Shown: in pieces, positions 1-10,640 of the stretch
How the letters are laid out: every line of letters begins with the position of its first letter
Numbering within the stretch: the first letter of the stretch is position 1
NCBI GenBank assembly: GCA_963715195.1
Contig: CAVQRT010000007.1
Coordinates: 224,001-288,000, forward strand
Source of the DNA: Thermodesulfovibrionales bacterium
GTDB lineage: Bacteria > Nitrospirota > Thermodesulfovibrionia > Thermodesulfovibrionales > SM23-35
Direction: 5' to 3'
DNA length: 64,000 nucleotides
Notes under the pieces: generated by a model
What the model saw: the letters and a program-made list of their open reading frames with translations, nothing else
Told to the model about the DNA's origin: nothing
Database searches by the model: none
Translations under genes and position numbers: made by a program

Positions 1-756
1 TCTGGACATCAGAATCCCCACCTCATAGAGGACAATCATCGGAACAGCCATGAGCGTCTGATTAAATACATCCGGCGTGGGAGTCAGGATAGCCGCAACA
101 ATAAAGGCGATGAGAACCGCATACTTCCGGTATTTTGCGAGAGTCTGCGGCGTCACAAAGCCCATCTTCGTAAAGAAGATGATAATGATGGGAAGTTCGA
201 AGACGGCACCGAATGCGAGGACAAACTTGAGACAGAAATCAACATAGAGTCCGACAGAGAGCATTGGCATCATAAAATCGCCGACCTTGTATGTGAGCAG
301 AAAACTCATGGCAAAGGGAAGAACGATAAAAAAACAGAACGCCGCGCCGACCAGGAAAAGACCGGTTGCCATTATCACGAACGGAACGACATATTTTTTC
401 TCCTTTGAATGGAGGCCCGGAGAGACAAAACTCCATAACTGCTGGAAAATGACCGGCAGGGCAAGGATCAGGGCGGCGACCATCGAAATCTTCATATTCA
501 TCCAGAAGGCCTCAGTCGGCGAGAGGAAAACAAGCTTGGTAGTCTCCAGTTTATCGTGATAAGCATAGTACATATACATTTTTTTGACCGAGAAGTCCAG
601 GGTATACCGAAGCGGGAACATAAGAAACCTCATGAGCTGCTCTGAAAAAGTGAATGCAATTGCGAAGGTAACGCACACGGCGATCAACGACACCGTTATC
701 TTCTTCCTGAAATCACCGAGGTGCTCCATGAAACTCATTATCTTGGTATCTGCCAT
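1..756 (-). CDS. tatC: Twin-arginine translocase subunit TatC (runs off the window edge)
   Basis: Manual translation from ATG at 756: MADTKIMSFMEHLGDFRKKI..., later FELPIIIIF and AAILTPTPDVFNQ motifs; GGAGG RBS; follows tatB. Absent from the ORF track. Confidence 0.93.
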   Translation of the reverse strand, partial: MADTKIMSFMEHLGDFRKKITVSLIAVCVTFAIAFTFSEQLMRFLMFPLRYTLDFSVKKMYMYYAYHDKLETTKLVFLSPTEAFWMNMKISMVAALILALPVIFQQLWSFVSPGLHSKEKKYVVPFVIMATGLFLVGAAFCFFIVLPFAMSFLLTYKVGDFMMPMLSVGLYVDFCLKFVLAFGAVFELPIIIIFFTKMGFVTPQTLAKYRKYAVLIAFIVAAILTPTPDVFNQTLMAVPMIVLYEVGILMSR

Positions 757-874
757 GTCAGTCCTCCGACTTCACCGGGTAATTGCAGTTCTGTTTGTTC
801 ATGTTAAAGGGATTTAATCTCAATGGCATGCCTAAATTGGTGCTTCCTGAGATGAATGCTGAACTTCCCGGGGT

Positions 875-1252
875 TCAATGCTCCTTATCAGAACGTTCAT
901 GTTCCTCTATCTCCCTCGAAGTTTCCTTCAGTGATTTATTGATCTCTTCAGACTCAGCCTCCACCTGTTCCTTCACTTCCTGCATCGTGCTTTCAACGGT
1001 TTTGCTCGCAGATTTTATTTCAGTTGTAATCTCTTTCTGGGCATCCGTTATCGCTCCCCGTATCTCTGAGGACGCCTCCTTGACTTCTTTTAACTCGTCT
1101 TCTACCGACTCTTTTACGTCCTGCAGAGCCTTCTTTAATTCTCCCAGTCCTTTTCCTATGACCCTTCCCAATTCGGGGAGCTTCTTCGGACCGAATACAA
1201 GAAGCGCAACGATGAATATCACCATCAGTTCAGGCATCCCGATATCAAACAT
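875..1252 (-). CDS. tatB: Tat translocase subunit TatB/TatA
   Basis: MFDIGMPELMVIFIVALLVFGPKKLPELGR signature; upstream of tatC. Confidence 0.88.
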   Translation of the reverse strand: MFDIGMPELMVIFIVALLVFGPKKLPELGRVIGKGLGELKKALQDVKESVEDELKEVKEASSEIRGAITDAQKEITTEIKSASKTVESTMQEVKEQVEAESEEINKSLKETSREIEEHERSDKEH

Positions 1253-1259
1253 GCGTCAG

Positions 1260-2042
1260 CTATTCCTCCTCGTATATTGTGCGGATCTTCTTCTTTTCCT
1301 TAGGCGATAAAACTGTCACGGAGAACAGCACCCTGGTTTCCGGGTTTCTGTTTTTTAGATCAAACCCTACCCCGAATGTCGTATAGATCATATCTGCAGT
1401 CTTCAACCTGTATCCCATTCTCAGCTCAGCCAGATCAATCTTTTCTGATTCATGGCTTTTTCTGCAATATAATTCAGCGAGAAATTTAAACGTATGTGCT
1501 GCTGCAAAATCAAGCCCCGCAAGAAAAGATATCTCCTCATCGAGACTTCGTCTCCCGGGTTCCTCATAAAAGAGATTTAGATGTCCGTTAACAGGCCCTA
1601 CCTTTTTGCTCAAAACGAGTCCGATGCCGTATCGTCCATTGGTGGTGACATTCTCCGCTCCGGAAGGCACGGAAGCATTCAGGATAAAGGCAAGAGATGG
1701 CCCGTACTTGCCCTCATCAAAAAACCTGTGCTTGATACCGAACGCAACATCCTCAAAACCGTCCCCGGTATCATTGCCAAAATCATACGGGATCGTCATC
1801 ATGAGTTCTAGGGTATCCGTTACACCAAATGCAGTTTTCAGAACAGACCGGTAATAGTCCGGATCTATTGATATTTCGGCTCCCGCAGAAAAAGCAACTT
1901 TTCCTTTTGGGAGACTTTCAGCGCTAAAGGTTGTGAAGACTCCGTAGGGGTCAACAGGCTGAAGTCCCTTCACATCAAAAGCATAGGTATTTTTGAAGAG
2001 GAAAAGTGGTAAAAAAACAAGGAATATAAAGCACTTTTTCAT
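1260..2042 (-). CDS. Outer-membrane beta-barrel protein (MetA/phenol-degradation transporter-like)
   Basis: Signal peptide MKKCFIFLVFLPLFLFKNTYA from ATG 2042; alternating amphipathic strands; GFEDVAFGIKHRFFDEG motif. Confidence 0.6.
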   Translation of the reverse strand: MKKCFIFLVFLPLFLFKNTYAFDVKGLQPVDPYGVFTTFSAESLPKGKVAFSAGAEISIDPDYYRSVLKTAFGVTDTLELMMTIPYDFGNDTGDGFEDVAFGIKHRFFDEGKYGPSLAFILNASVPSGAENVTTNGRYGIGLVLSKKVGPVNGHLNLFYEEPGRRSLDEEISFLAGLDFAAAHTFKFLAELYCRKSHESEKIDLAELRMGYRLKTADMIYTTFGVGFDLKNRNPETRVLFSVTVLSPKEKKKIRTIYEEE

Positions 2043-2117
2043 GGTTAAACATAGCAGAAAAATCTTAGGGGTGTCAATGTTCCATGAAACATCTAACCTC
2101 ATATTCATGCCTCTGCA

Positions 2118-2147
2118 TTGACAAAGATCACTGCCGGAAAATATAAT
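2118..2147 (+). promoter_or_regulatory. Sigma70-type promoter for trxA-ffh
   Basis: TTGACA (2118-2123), 18 nt spacer, TATAAT (2142-2147). Confidence 0.65.
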
Positions 2148-2196
2148 TAACAAAAGCAAATTCCCCTGATTTCGCACGGGGCTATAGGAGGTTGGT

Positions 2197-2529
2197 ATGG
2201 CAGAAGGTGTGGTCGAGGTTACAACAGCAAACTGGGATAATGAGGTAATGAAGGCTCAAGGACTCGTTATGATCGACTTCTGGGCAGCATGGTGCGGCCC
2301 TTGCAGAATGATATCGCCTACCGTTGAGGAACTCGCAAAAGAGTACAGCGGAAAGATAAAAGTTTTCAAGCTCAACACCGATGAAAATTCGGAGATCGCA
2401 AGCCGATACAAAATCATGGGAATTCCTACGATCATGTTTTTTAAAGACGGCGCCAAACTTGATCAAATCGTTGGTGTAGTTCCGAAACAGCAGTTGAAGG
2501 CAAAATTGGACTCTTTTCTCGCTGCATAA
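2197..2529 (+). CDS. trxA: Thioredoxin
   Basis: WCGPC active site, 110 aa, GGAGG RBS. Confidence 0.96.
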   Translation: MAEGVVEVTTANWDNEVMKAQGLVMIDFWAAWCGPCRMISPTVEELAKEYSGKIKVFKLNTDENSEIASRYKIMGIPTIMFFKDGAKLDQIVGVVPKQQLKAKLDSFLAA

Positions 2530-2602
2530 TGGTCAGTTTCTTACCACACTATTGTGCATGAAGTCTTCAGAATCATAAAAGAACAGCGGACATTTTCCTG
2601 TC

Positions 2603-3922
2603 ATGTTTGAATCCCTCACCGAAAAATTAGAATCCATATTCAAACGGCTAAAAGGGAAAGGCCTCCTGAAGGAAGAGGATGTTGAGGTTGCCCTGAAGGA
2701 GATACGCCTTGCACTTCTGGAGGCGGATGTCAATTTCAGAGTCGTTAAGGATTTTATTCAGAAGATACGGGCAAAGGCTGTCGGGAAAGAAGTGCTCGAG
2801 AGCCTCACTCCCGGCCAGCAGGTCATTAAAATCGTCAATGAAGAACTCTGTGAGCTCCTCGGAAAAACAAACGCCAGAATTCCTTTGGCACCGAATCCCC
2901 CCACGATTATCATGATGGTAGGGCTCCACGGGTCAGGAAAAACGACAACTGCCGCAAAACTGGCTCGCCTCTTCAAAAAAGAGGGCAGAAGACCGATGCT
3001 TGTGGCGGCAGACCTGCAGCGTCCGGCAGCAATCGACCAACTCATTGCACTTGGCGCTCAGATTGATGTGCCCGTATACCATGCGAGAGATGTTGGGAAT
3101 CCCGTTCAACTCTGCATGGATTCCCTGAAAAAGGCAAAGCTTGATGCGCGTGACATCATAATTCTCGACACTGCCGGAAGACTTCACATCGATGAATCCC
3201 TCATGGCTGAGTTGAAGAAGATTAAGGAAAATGTCTCACCAAAAGAGGTTATTTTCGTCGCAGACGCCATGACTGGACAGGATGCCGTCACGATTGCAAA
3301 AAACTTTGAAGAACAGATAGGCATCGACGGAATCATCCTCACCAAGATGGATGGTGATGCGCGGGGCGGGGCGGCAATCTCCATTATCTCGGTAACGGGC
3401 AAACCGATCAAATTTATCGGAACAGGTGAAAAAATTGAGATGCTCGAACCATTTTATCCCGACAGGATAGCGTCAAGAATCCTCGGCATGGGAGACGTTC
3501 TCAGCCTGATAGAGCAGGCGCAAAAGACCTTTGATCAGAAAGAAGCTGAAAAGCTTCAGAAAACGATCATGGACGAGTCATTCACCTTTGATGATCTGAG
3601 GGAGCAGCTCAAAAAAATGCGCAGTATGGGTTCTCTCGAAAACCTCCTTGCTATGATTCCCGGGTTTCAAAAAGTCAAGAACCTTGACATAGATGAACGG
3701 GAACTCGTTAAAGTTGAAGCAATTATCAATTCAATGACCAAAAAGGAACGGAAGGATCATACGGTTCTCAACGGAAGCAGACGGAGAAGAATTGCCACGG
3801 GAAGCGGCACGACAGTTCCCGACGTAAACCGGGTCGTCAAGCAGTATATAGAGATCAGGAAGATGCTCAAGATGTTCAAAGGCAAGAAGGGCTTCAAGTT
3901 GCCCAAAGTCCTGCCGTTCTAA
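2603..3922 (+). CDS. ffh: Signal recognition particle protein Ffh
   Basis: GSGKTTT, DTAGR and TKMDGDARGG motifs; Met-rich M domain with SRRRRIA. Confidence 0.97.
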   Translation: MFESLTEKLESIFKRLKGKGLLKEEDVEVALKEIRLALLEADVNFRVVKDFIQKIRAKAVGKEVLESLTPGQQVIKIVNEELCELLGKTNARIPLAPNPPTIIMMVGLHGSGKTTTAAKLARLFKKEGRRPMLVAADLQRPAAIDQLIALGAQIDVPVYHARDVGNPVQLCMDSLKKAKLDARDIIILDTAGRLHIDESLMAELKKIKENVSPKEVIFVADAMTGQDAVTIAKNFEEQIGIDGIILTKMDGDARGGAAISIISVTGKPIKFIGTGEKIEMLEPFYPDRIASRILGMGDVLSLIEQAQKTFDQKEAEKLQKTIMDESFTFDDLREQLKKMRSMGSLENLLAMIPGFQKVKNLDIDERELVKVEAIINSMTKKERKDHTVLNGSRRRRIATGSGTTVPDVNRVVKQYIEIRKMLKMFKGKKGFKLPKVLPF

Positions 3923-3935
3923 GAACAGTTCATTC

Positions 3936-4607
3936 GTGACCACCCAAAAAATCTCTTTGGAAGATATCCATTACGTCCTCCTCGATATGGACGGAACACT
4001 CCTCGACAAATACTTTGACGATTTCTTCTGGGAGCAGCTTATTCCTGAACATTACGCTGTAAAACACCGCATGTCGTTCGGGAAGGCAAAGACTGAACTG
4101 ATGAAGAAGTATAAAGTGCATGAAGGAACCTTAAAATGGACAGACCTCGACTTCTGGTCACAGGAGCTCAACCTTGATATTCCCGCTCTGAAAGAACAGA
4201 TAAAACATCTGATCGATGTCCACCCGCATGTTGAAGATTTCCTGAAACTGATGAAACAGATGGAGAAAAAAGTTTTTCTGGTCACGAACGCACATTACAA
4301 GTCAATTGACCTGAAATTCAGGAAAACACAGATCGGGAAATACTTTGATTCTGTGCTTTCGTCCTTTGATGCCGGATATCCGAAAGAGAGCCTTCAGTTC
4401 TGGGCGGCAGCTGAAGACCGACTCGGATTCGAGAAACAGAAGACACTCTTTATCGATGATACAGAAGAAATCCTCAGGACTGCAAAAAAGTACGGGATAC
4501 AATACATTCTCCATAAAGCGAGATCAAATTCACAGTTGCAACCGTACATTTCGCATGAGTTCATGCAAATTCACGATTTTGACGAACTGATACCACCGCT
4601 TACGTAG
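3936..4607 (+). CDS. HAD-superfamily hydrolase (YrfG-like nucleotidase)
   Basis: LLDMDGTLLD motif I, LVTNAH, FIDD. Confidence 0.85.
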   Translation: MTTQKISLEDIHYVLLDMDGTLLDKYFDDFFWEQLIPEHYAVKHRMSFGKAKTELMKKYKVHEGTLKWTDLDFWSQELNLDIPALKEQIKHLIDVHPHVEDFLKLMKQMEKKVFLVTNAHYKSIDLKFRKTQIGKYFDSVLSSFDAGYPKESLQFWAAAEDRLGFEKQKTLFIDDTEEILRTAKKYGIQYILHKARSNSQLQPYISHEFMQIHDFDELIPPLT

Positions 4608-4652
4608 AATACATTGTCATTCATTCCCCTGATAGCGTAAAATATTCCGCTT

Positions 4653-6371
4653 ATGAACAACGTCTGCCCTATAGAGCTTACGAAAGATCCGAAGATCGCT
4701 TATTTTTCGATGGAAATAGGCATTCAGAACGACATACCTACTTACAGCGGCGGACTCGGGGTGCTCGCCGGCGATACAATCAGAACAGCAGCCGACCTGA
4801 AACTGCCGATGGTTGCTGTAACACTCTTGACGAGAAAGGGATATTTTATTCAGAAACTTGACGATACCGGCAGACAGAGTGAGCATCCGTACTCCTGGAA
4901 TCCCGAGCGCCATATGACATTGCTGCCGATAAAGGTCGCCGTTGCCATCGAAGGGCGCGATGTCCTGATTCAGGCCTGGCAGTACAATGTCACAAGCTTT
5001 ACAGGCGGTTGTGTGCCGATCTTTTTTCTTGATACGGATATCGAAGGGAATACCGGCGAGGACAGGGAAATCACCCATTACCTTTATGGAGGGGATATCG
5101 CATACCGCCTGAAGCAGGAGATCGTCCTCGGGATCGGCGGCGTGAGGATGCTCCATGAACTCGATTTTGAGATCAAGAAATACCACATGAACGAGGGGCA
5201 TTCAAGTCTTCTGACCCTTGAACTCCTGAACAGGTTCAAGCGTCCGATCGAGGATGTATGGGATGAAAGGCTCGTCTGGGATGTCGAAAAAGTAAAAGAC
5301 CTCTGCGTCTTCACGACACACACACCGGTCGAAGCCGGTCATGACAGGTTTCCCTACGATCTCGTCCTCAGGGTCATGGGTGAGATACTGCCCTTGAAGG
5401 TTCTCAAGGAACTGGGCGGTCACGATAATCTGAACATGACCCGTCTGGGCCTGAACCTGAGCGAATTCATCAACGGAGTTGCAAAAAAACACGGGGAAGT
5501 TTCAAGGAATATGTTTCCCGGTTATGAGATCAGCGCTATCACAAATGGTGTGCATACGTTTACCTGGACGTGCGAAAGCTTTAAACGACTGTACGACAAA
5601 TACCTCCCCGGCTGGGCGAACGAGCCGGAATTGTTTGTCCGGGTCGACCGTATTCCGGATAAGGAAATCTGGGAGGCTCACATGGAGGCAAAAGCAATCC
5701 TGCTGGCTTATGTTCAGCAAACAACGGGCATCGATCTTGACCCCGACATCCTGACGATCGGATTTGCACGGAGGGCAACCGCATACAAGCGGGCGGACCT
5801 GATATTCAGTGACGTCGAAAGACTCAAGCGCATCGGTGATGGAAGAATACAGATTATCTTTGCGGGAAAATCACATCCGAAGGACTTATTAGGAAAAAAT
5901 CTGATCGAGAGGATTTTTTCGTTTAAAAGAGCATTAAAAGACCAGATCAAAATGGCATACCTGGATAATTATGATATGTCCATTGCGCTCAAAATGGTTT
6001 CTGGTGTTGATGTTTGGCTGAACACACCACTCAGGCCGCGGGAGGCATCCGGTACCAGTGGAATGAAAGCTGTGCATAATGGAGTGATAAATTTCAGTGT
6101 GCTCGACGGGTGGTGGATTGAAGGCCATATCGAGAGCGTTACCGGGTGGTCCATAGGACCGAGCCCGACAGAATCAACGTTAATCGACAATCTGGACCAG
6201 AAAGACGCCGCCGACCTGTACGATAAACTCGAGAAGATCATCATTCCCATGTACTACTCAGACCGCCATACCTGGGTCAGGATGATGCTGAATGCGATCA
6301 GTAAGAACGCTTATTACTTCAATACACACCGCATGATGCGCCGTTACGTAACCGAAGCCTACATACGCTAA
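4653..6371 (+). CDS. glgP: Alpha-glucan (glycogen/maltodextrin) phosphorylase
   Basis: YSGGLGVLAGD, HMNEGH and EASGTSGMK (PLP lysine) motifs. Confidence 0.94.
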   Translation: MNNVCPIELTKDPKIAYFSMEIGIQNDIPTYSGGLGVLAGDTIRTAADLKLPMVAVTLLTRKGYFIQKLDDTGRQSEHPYSWNPERHMTLLPIKVAVAIEGRDVLIQAWQYNVTSFTGGCVPIFFLDTDIEGNTGEDREITHYLYGGDIAYRLKQEIVLGIGGVRMLHELDFEIKKYHMNEGHSSLLTLELLNRFKRPIEDVWDERLVWDVEKVKDLCVFTTHTPVEAGHDRFPYDLVLRVMGEILPLKVLKELGGHDNLNMTRLGLNLSEFINGVAKKHGEVSRNMFPGYEISAITNGVHTFTWTCESFKRLYDKYLPGWANEPELFVRVDRIPDKEIWEAHMEAKAILLAYVQQTTGIDLDPDILTIGFARRATAYKRADLIFSDVERLKRIGDGRIQIIFAGKSHPKDLLGKNLIERIFSFKRALKDQIKMAYLDNYDMSIALKMVSGVDVWLNTPLRPREASGTSGMKAVHNGVINFSVLDGWWIEGHIESVTGWSIGPSPTESTLIDNLDQKDAADLYDKLEKIIIPMYYSDRHTWVRMMLNAISKNAYYFNTHRMMRRYVTEAYIR

Positions 6372-6673
6372 TAGCACATCATGACAGCATGCATGAGGAC
6401 AATATACGTCTTAAATTTTCTTAAGCTCTTTGCCTGATAACCTCATGAAACCTCAACCCAATTAAGACTGAGATCCCTTTATAATAATATTGTAACTGAG
6501 AAAAAAACTTCTGTTAACCGGTGAAAGGTACGCTTGAACAGTAATCGAGCTCATAGTTTCGAAGGTATGGACGTGGGCCGAAGGACTTGCATGTAGCGGA
6601 TGTCTTAACACCTCGCAGGTAAGATAATAGGTCATTGATCCCTATCTGCTCCCTGCCATCTTCTATCTTCTGC

Positions 6674-7930
6674 TTATTGTTCTTTTACTCTCTTTATATC
6701 GGCTCCGATTTTTTGAAGTTTTTCCTCCATGCTCTCGTATCCCCTGTCGAGATGATATATCCTGCGTATCTCCGTCTCCCCCTTTGCCGCGAGCGCTGCC
6801 ACGATGAGTGAAGCACTTGCACGCAGATCCGTAGCCATGAGAGGGGCTCCTTTCAGCATGCTCACACCCTGAACCGTAGCAATCCCTCCTTCCACAATAA
6901 TATCCGCCCCCATTCGAATGAGTTCGGCAACATGCATAAACCTGTTCTCAAATATCGTCTCCTTTATGATACTCGTTCCCTCTGCAACAGACATAAGAGC
7001 CATAAACTGTGCCTGCATATCTGTCGGAAAGCCAGGATACGGCATGGTCGTAATGTTGGTGGACTTCAGCTTTTCCGAACCGGTCACCCGGAGACCTTTT
7101 TCACTGTTCTCGAACACGATTCCGGTCTCTCTGAGTTTCATGATCAGGGCATCGAGGTCCTCAACCCTGCACTCCTTCAGGATAATATCGCTGCCGGTAA
7201 TTCCGGCTATCGTCATGAACGTCCCGGCTTCAATCCTGTCGGGGATGATCGCGTAATTCATGGGCTTCAATTCATCAACACCTTGAATCTCGATAATGCT
7301 TTCACCAGCCCCGCTTATCTGTGCGCCCATTGAAATGAGTGCCCGCGCAAAATCTGCAACTTCAGGTTCACGCGCAGCATTCTCAAGCAGAGTTGATCCT
7401 CTTGCCAGTGAAGCGGCCATCATCAGGTTTTCTGTACCGGTAACCGTCGGCATGTCAAAATAAACTGATGCACCTTTCAGTTTCTTTGCCTTTGCGATCA
7501 CATATCCGCTTTCGAGCTTCACTGTTGCCCCCATCTTTTCCAGACCCATCAGGTGCAGATTGATCGGTCTGGCGCCTATGGCGCATCCTCCCGGCAGAGA
7601 TACTTTTGCACGACCAAATTTTGCGAGGAGCGGTCCAAGCACGAGTATGGACGCCCTCATGGTCCTGACGAGATCATAGGGTGCCTCGTATAACTTAATA
7701 CGCTTTGTATTGACGATTACCTTTCCGTCTTCATAGTGAAACCCGGCCCCGAGATGTGCGAGGAGTCTGCCCATTGTCATAATGTCTCTCAGACACGGCA
7801 CCCTCTGCACCGTCGAATAGCCGGAAGACAGGAGTGATGCCGCCATAATGGGAAGCGCCGCATTCTTTGCCCCGCTTATGGCAACTTCACCCCTGAGTCT
7901 TTTCCCGCCGCGTATGATCAGTTTATCCAC
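6674..7930 (-). CDS. murA: UDP-N-acetylglucosamine 1-carboxyvinyltransferase
   Basis: [19 protein letters not shown] and DLRASASL motifs. Confidence 0.97.
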   Translation of the reverse strand: MDKLIIRGGKRLRGEVAISGAKNAALPIMAASLLSSGYSTVQRVPCLRDIMTMGRLLAHLGAGFHYEDGKVIVNTKRIKLYEAPYDLVRTMRASILVLGPLLAKFGRAKVSLPGGCAIGARPINLHLMGLEKMGATVKLESGYVIAKAKKLKGASVYFDMPTVTGTENLMMAASLARGSTLLENAAREPEVADFARALISMGAQISGAGESIIEIQGVDELKPMNYAIIPDRIEAGTFMTIAGITGSDIILKECRVEDLDALIMKLRETGIVFENSEKGLRVTGSEKLKSTNITTMPYPGFPTDMQAQFMALMSVAEGTSIIKETIFENRFMHVAELIRMGADIIVEGGIATVQGVSMLKGAPLMATDLRASASLIVAALAAKGETEIRRIYHLDRGYESMEEKLQKIGADIKRVKEQ

Positions 7931-8144
7931 CGTTGTTCCTCACACAATAATTTCCAGCTCATTATAATACGAACGGAGGTTACTGCTCAATGTTGCATAT
8001 TTGTCCGGTTCCGGCAGCCTCGTGTCCATGAAGGAGCATATAAAATCCTATTTTCATATTGCTGAAATAAAATTCTGTGAGCTATACTTAGACGCTGACT
8101 TTCTTATTCCAAAATCCCAAGCATTTATAGCCAGGATAAATAAA

Positions 8145-9407
8145 ATGCCCTTTTTTGGTGAGCTCTTTGTAAGCGACCTCCTAAAAAAACCCGTACTTGA
8201 TCCCAAGGGCGAGGAACTCGGAAGGGTTCGCGACATTGTCATGGTTAGGGGAGAACCATTCCCGAAGGTTTCGGCACTCATTATCGAGAAAAAGAAGAAG
8301 CTTTTCAACCTCCCATGGAATGATCTGAACATTTTCAACAAGAGAATTATATCTGCAACGGTTTACCACGATTTTCTTCATTCCTATAATTACAATGAAA
8401 CAGACCTCCTCATCGTCAGGGACATTTTTGATAAACAGATTGTTGATGCGAATGGCGCAAAAGTCGTGCGGGTAAACGATGTTAAGCTCGAGGGGTTTGA
8501 TTCAGAAGCGATTCTCATTGCAGTCGACGTGGGTATGAGGGGTATCATGAGAAGACTTGGTGTTGAGAGAGGTGGAGAGGATATGATGCGACTCTTCAGG
8601 AAGCATCTTCCCTATAATCTGATAAGCTGGAATTATATCCAGCCGCTTGAACCGAAACTGACCAAGATATCACTTACGGTACCGAGGCAGATGGTATCCG
8701 AACTCCATCCTGCAGATATCGCCGAAATTATCAGCCAGGTCTCCCATAAGGAGGGTGCATCTTTTTTCAAGGGTCTCGACGTTGAAACAGCCGCCGAAGC
8801 CCTTTCAGAACTTGAACCTGATGTACAGGCAGCAATTATAACCGGCATGGATACAAACAGTGCGGCCGATATTATTGAAGAAATGCCTCCTGATAATGCA
8901 GCAGATGTCTTAAGTGACCTACCGGTAGATAAGGCAAAGGAAATTCTTGAACAGATCGACAAAGACGAGGCAGAGGATATTCAGGAGCTCCTGAGCCATG
9001 AAGAGGATACGGCAGGAGGATTGATGACAAATGAATTTATTGCCTACCCCCCGGACTTACTGGTCAGAGATGCCATAGAGAGATTCCGAAAAGATGCTGA
9101 GGAAGTCGAAGCAGTCTATTATCTCTATGTTACCGATTCAGATGAAAAAATAATGGGTGTCATTTCATTGAGAGACCTGCTGCTCGCACCACCGGATTCG
9201 AAGCTCTCGGATATTATGAAGACAAAACTGAAAATGGTATCTCCTGCCACCGATGAAATCGAGGTTGCTGAGATCGTATCGAAATATAATCTCGTAGCAA
9301 TTCCGGTCGTTGATTCGGAAGGATATATGCTCGGTATCGTTACGATCGATGACATTGTGGACAGAATTCTTCCTCCTCTAGCGAAACGCAAGAGGAGGAA
9401 GGTATGA
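8145..9407 (+). CDS. MgtE intracellular-domain protein (PRC barrels + MgtE_N + CBS pair, no membrane domain)
   Basis: LHPADIAEII, EDTAGGLMT and GIVTIDDIV motifs; start reassigned to ATG 8145. Confidence 0.85.
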   Translation: MPFFGELFVSDLLKKPVLDPKGEELGRVRDIVMVRGEPFPKVSALIIEKKKKLFNLPWNDLNIFNKRIISATVYHDFLHSYNYNETDLLIVRDIFDKQIVDANGAKVVRVNDVKLEGFDSEAILIAVDVGMRGIMRRLGVERGGEDMMRLFRKHLPYNLISWNYIQPLEPKLTKISLTVPRQMVSELHPADIAEIISQVSHKEGASFFKGLDVETAAEALSELEPDVQAAIITGMDTNSAADIIEEMPPDNAADVLSDLPVDKAKEILEQIDKDEAEDIQELLSHEEDTAGGLMTNEFIAYPPDLLVRDAIERFRKDAEEVEAVYYLYVTDSDEKIMGVISLRDLLLAPPDSKLSDIMKTKLKMVSPATDEIEVAEIVSKYNLVAIPVVDSEGYMLGIVTIDDIVDRILPPLAKRKRRKV

Positions 9408-10639
9408 GCGTCTGGAGAAGATTCGCCCTCTTTCTGTCAATCATGGGGCCGGGGATTATCACAGCGAACATCGACAACGACGCAAGTGGCATCACAACCT
9501 ATTCAGTCATCGGTGCCCGATTTGGATACACCCTCCTCTGGACATTAATTCCCACAACCGTTGCGCTGATCGTCATACAGGAGATGGTGGCAAGGATGGG
9601 AGCGGTCACCGGAAAGGGCCTTTCTGATCTCATACGGGAAAATTATGGAGTCAGGTCAACATTCTACATGATGACCATACTCTTCATCGCCAATTTCGGC
9701 ACTACGGTTGCTAACTTTGCCGGGTGGGCCGCAAGTATGGAGATCCTTGGTTTCAGCAAGTATCTGATGGCTCCGCTTGGCGCGGTATTTATATGGTTTC
9801 TGGTCGTAAGGGGGAGTTACCGTTTTGTCGAACGTATTCTTCTCGTTGCATGCCTGCTCTATTTCGGGTATGTCCTTTCCGGTTTGATGTCAAAGCCGAA
9901 TTGGGCAGAAGTATTCTCAGCAACCTTCGTACCCCAGATACAATGGAAAGCTGAGTATATGATATTAAGTATCGCGATTATTGGAACGACCATCACCCCA
10001 TGGATGCAGTTTTATCTGCAATCTTCGATAGCTGAGAAAGGGATAAAGAAAGAGGAATATAAAGCGTCAAGACTTGATGTAATCATCGGGTGCAGCATTA
10101 CGGATATCGTATCTTTTTTCATAATCGTCACTTGCGCAACAACCATCTTCCCGCTCGGACTGAGGATCAATGAAGCTTCCGAAGCAGCTCTTGCGCTGAG
10201 ACCGCTTGCCGGCGACTACGCATTTCTTATATTCGCTGTCTGCCTTGCAAATGCATCATTGCTCGGGGCAATTATTGTCCCTCTCGCAACGTCATATTAT
10301 ATTTGTGAGGCCATGGGGTGGGAAAGGGGCGTGAACAAGACTTTCATCGAAGCGCCTCAGTTTATGTCGATTTATACCTTCATGATCTTCATTGCAGTGA
10401 TCGTGATTCTCATTCCTGATGCACCTCTGGTATTCCTGATGGTTCTCTCTTCAGTACTGAACGGTATGCTCCTGCCCTTTGTGCTCATATATGCTCTGTC
10501 TCTCGTCAACAACAGAAATCTCATGGGAGAATATGTGAACCCGAAAGTGTACAACATTATATCGTGGGCTACCATTTGCTCCATTGCGGTTCTCGCGGTT
10601 CTCTTCTTGATCACCTTTCTTCTCCCCATGGAAATCTGA
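9404..10639 (+). CDS. NRAMP-family divalent metal transporter (Mg2+-type, NRMT-like)
   Basis: GPGIITANIDNDASGITTYS, IQEMVARMGAVTGKGL, GTTITPW; ATGA overlap with the MgtE-domain gene. Confidence 0.85.
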   Translation: MSVWRRFALFLSIMGPGIITANIDNDASGITTYSVIGARFGYTLLWTLIPTTVALIVIQEMVARMGAVTGKGLSDLIRENYGVRSTFYMMTILFIANFGTTVANFAGWAASMEILGFSKYLMAPLGAVFIWFLVVRGSYRFVERILLVACLLYFGYVLSGLMSKPNWAEVFSATFVPQIQWKAEYMILSIAIIGTTITPWMQFYLQSSIAEKGIKKEEYKASRLDVIIGCSITDIVSFFIIVTCATTIFPLGLRINEASEAALALRPLAGDYAFLIFAVCLANASLLGAIIVPLATSYYICEAMGWERGVNKTFIEAPQFMSIYTFMIFIAVIVILIPDAPLVFLMVLSSVLNGMLLPFVLIYALSLVNNRNLMGEYVNPKVYNIISWATICSIAVLAVLFLITFLLPMEI

Positions 10640-10640
10640 T

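Noticed and set aside
6642..6673. Heptamer-like low-complexity run (also 61947-61967)
   Set aside because: Only 3-4 degenerate units; too weak to call.
7931..8144. Metal-sensing riboswitch upstream of the MgtE/NRAMP genes
   Set aside because: No M-box or yybP-ykoY consensus or terminator recognisable by eye; needs an Rfam scan.
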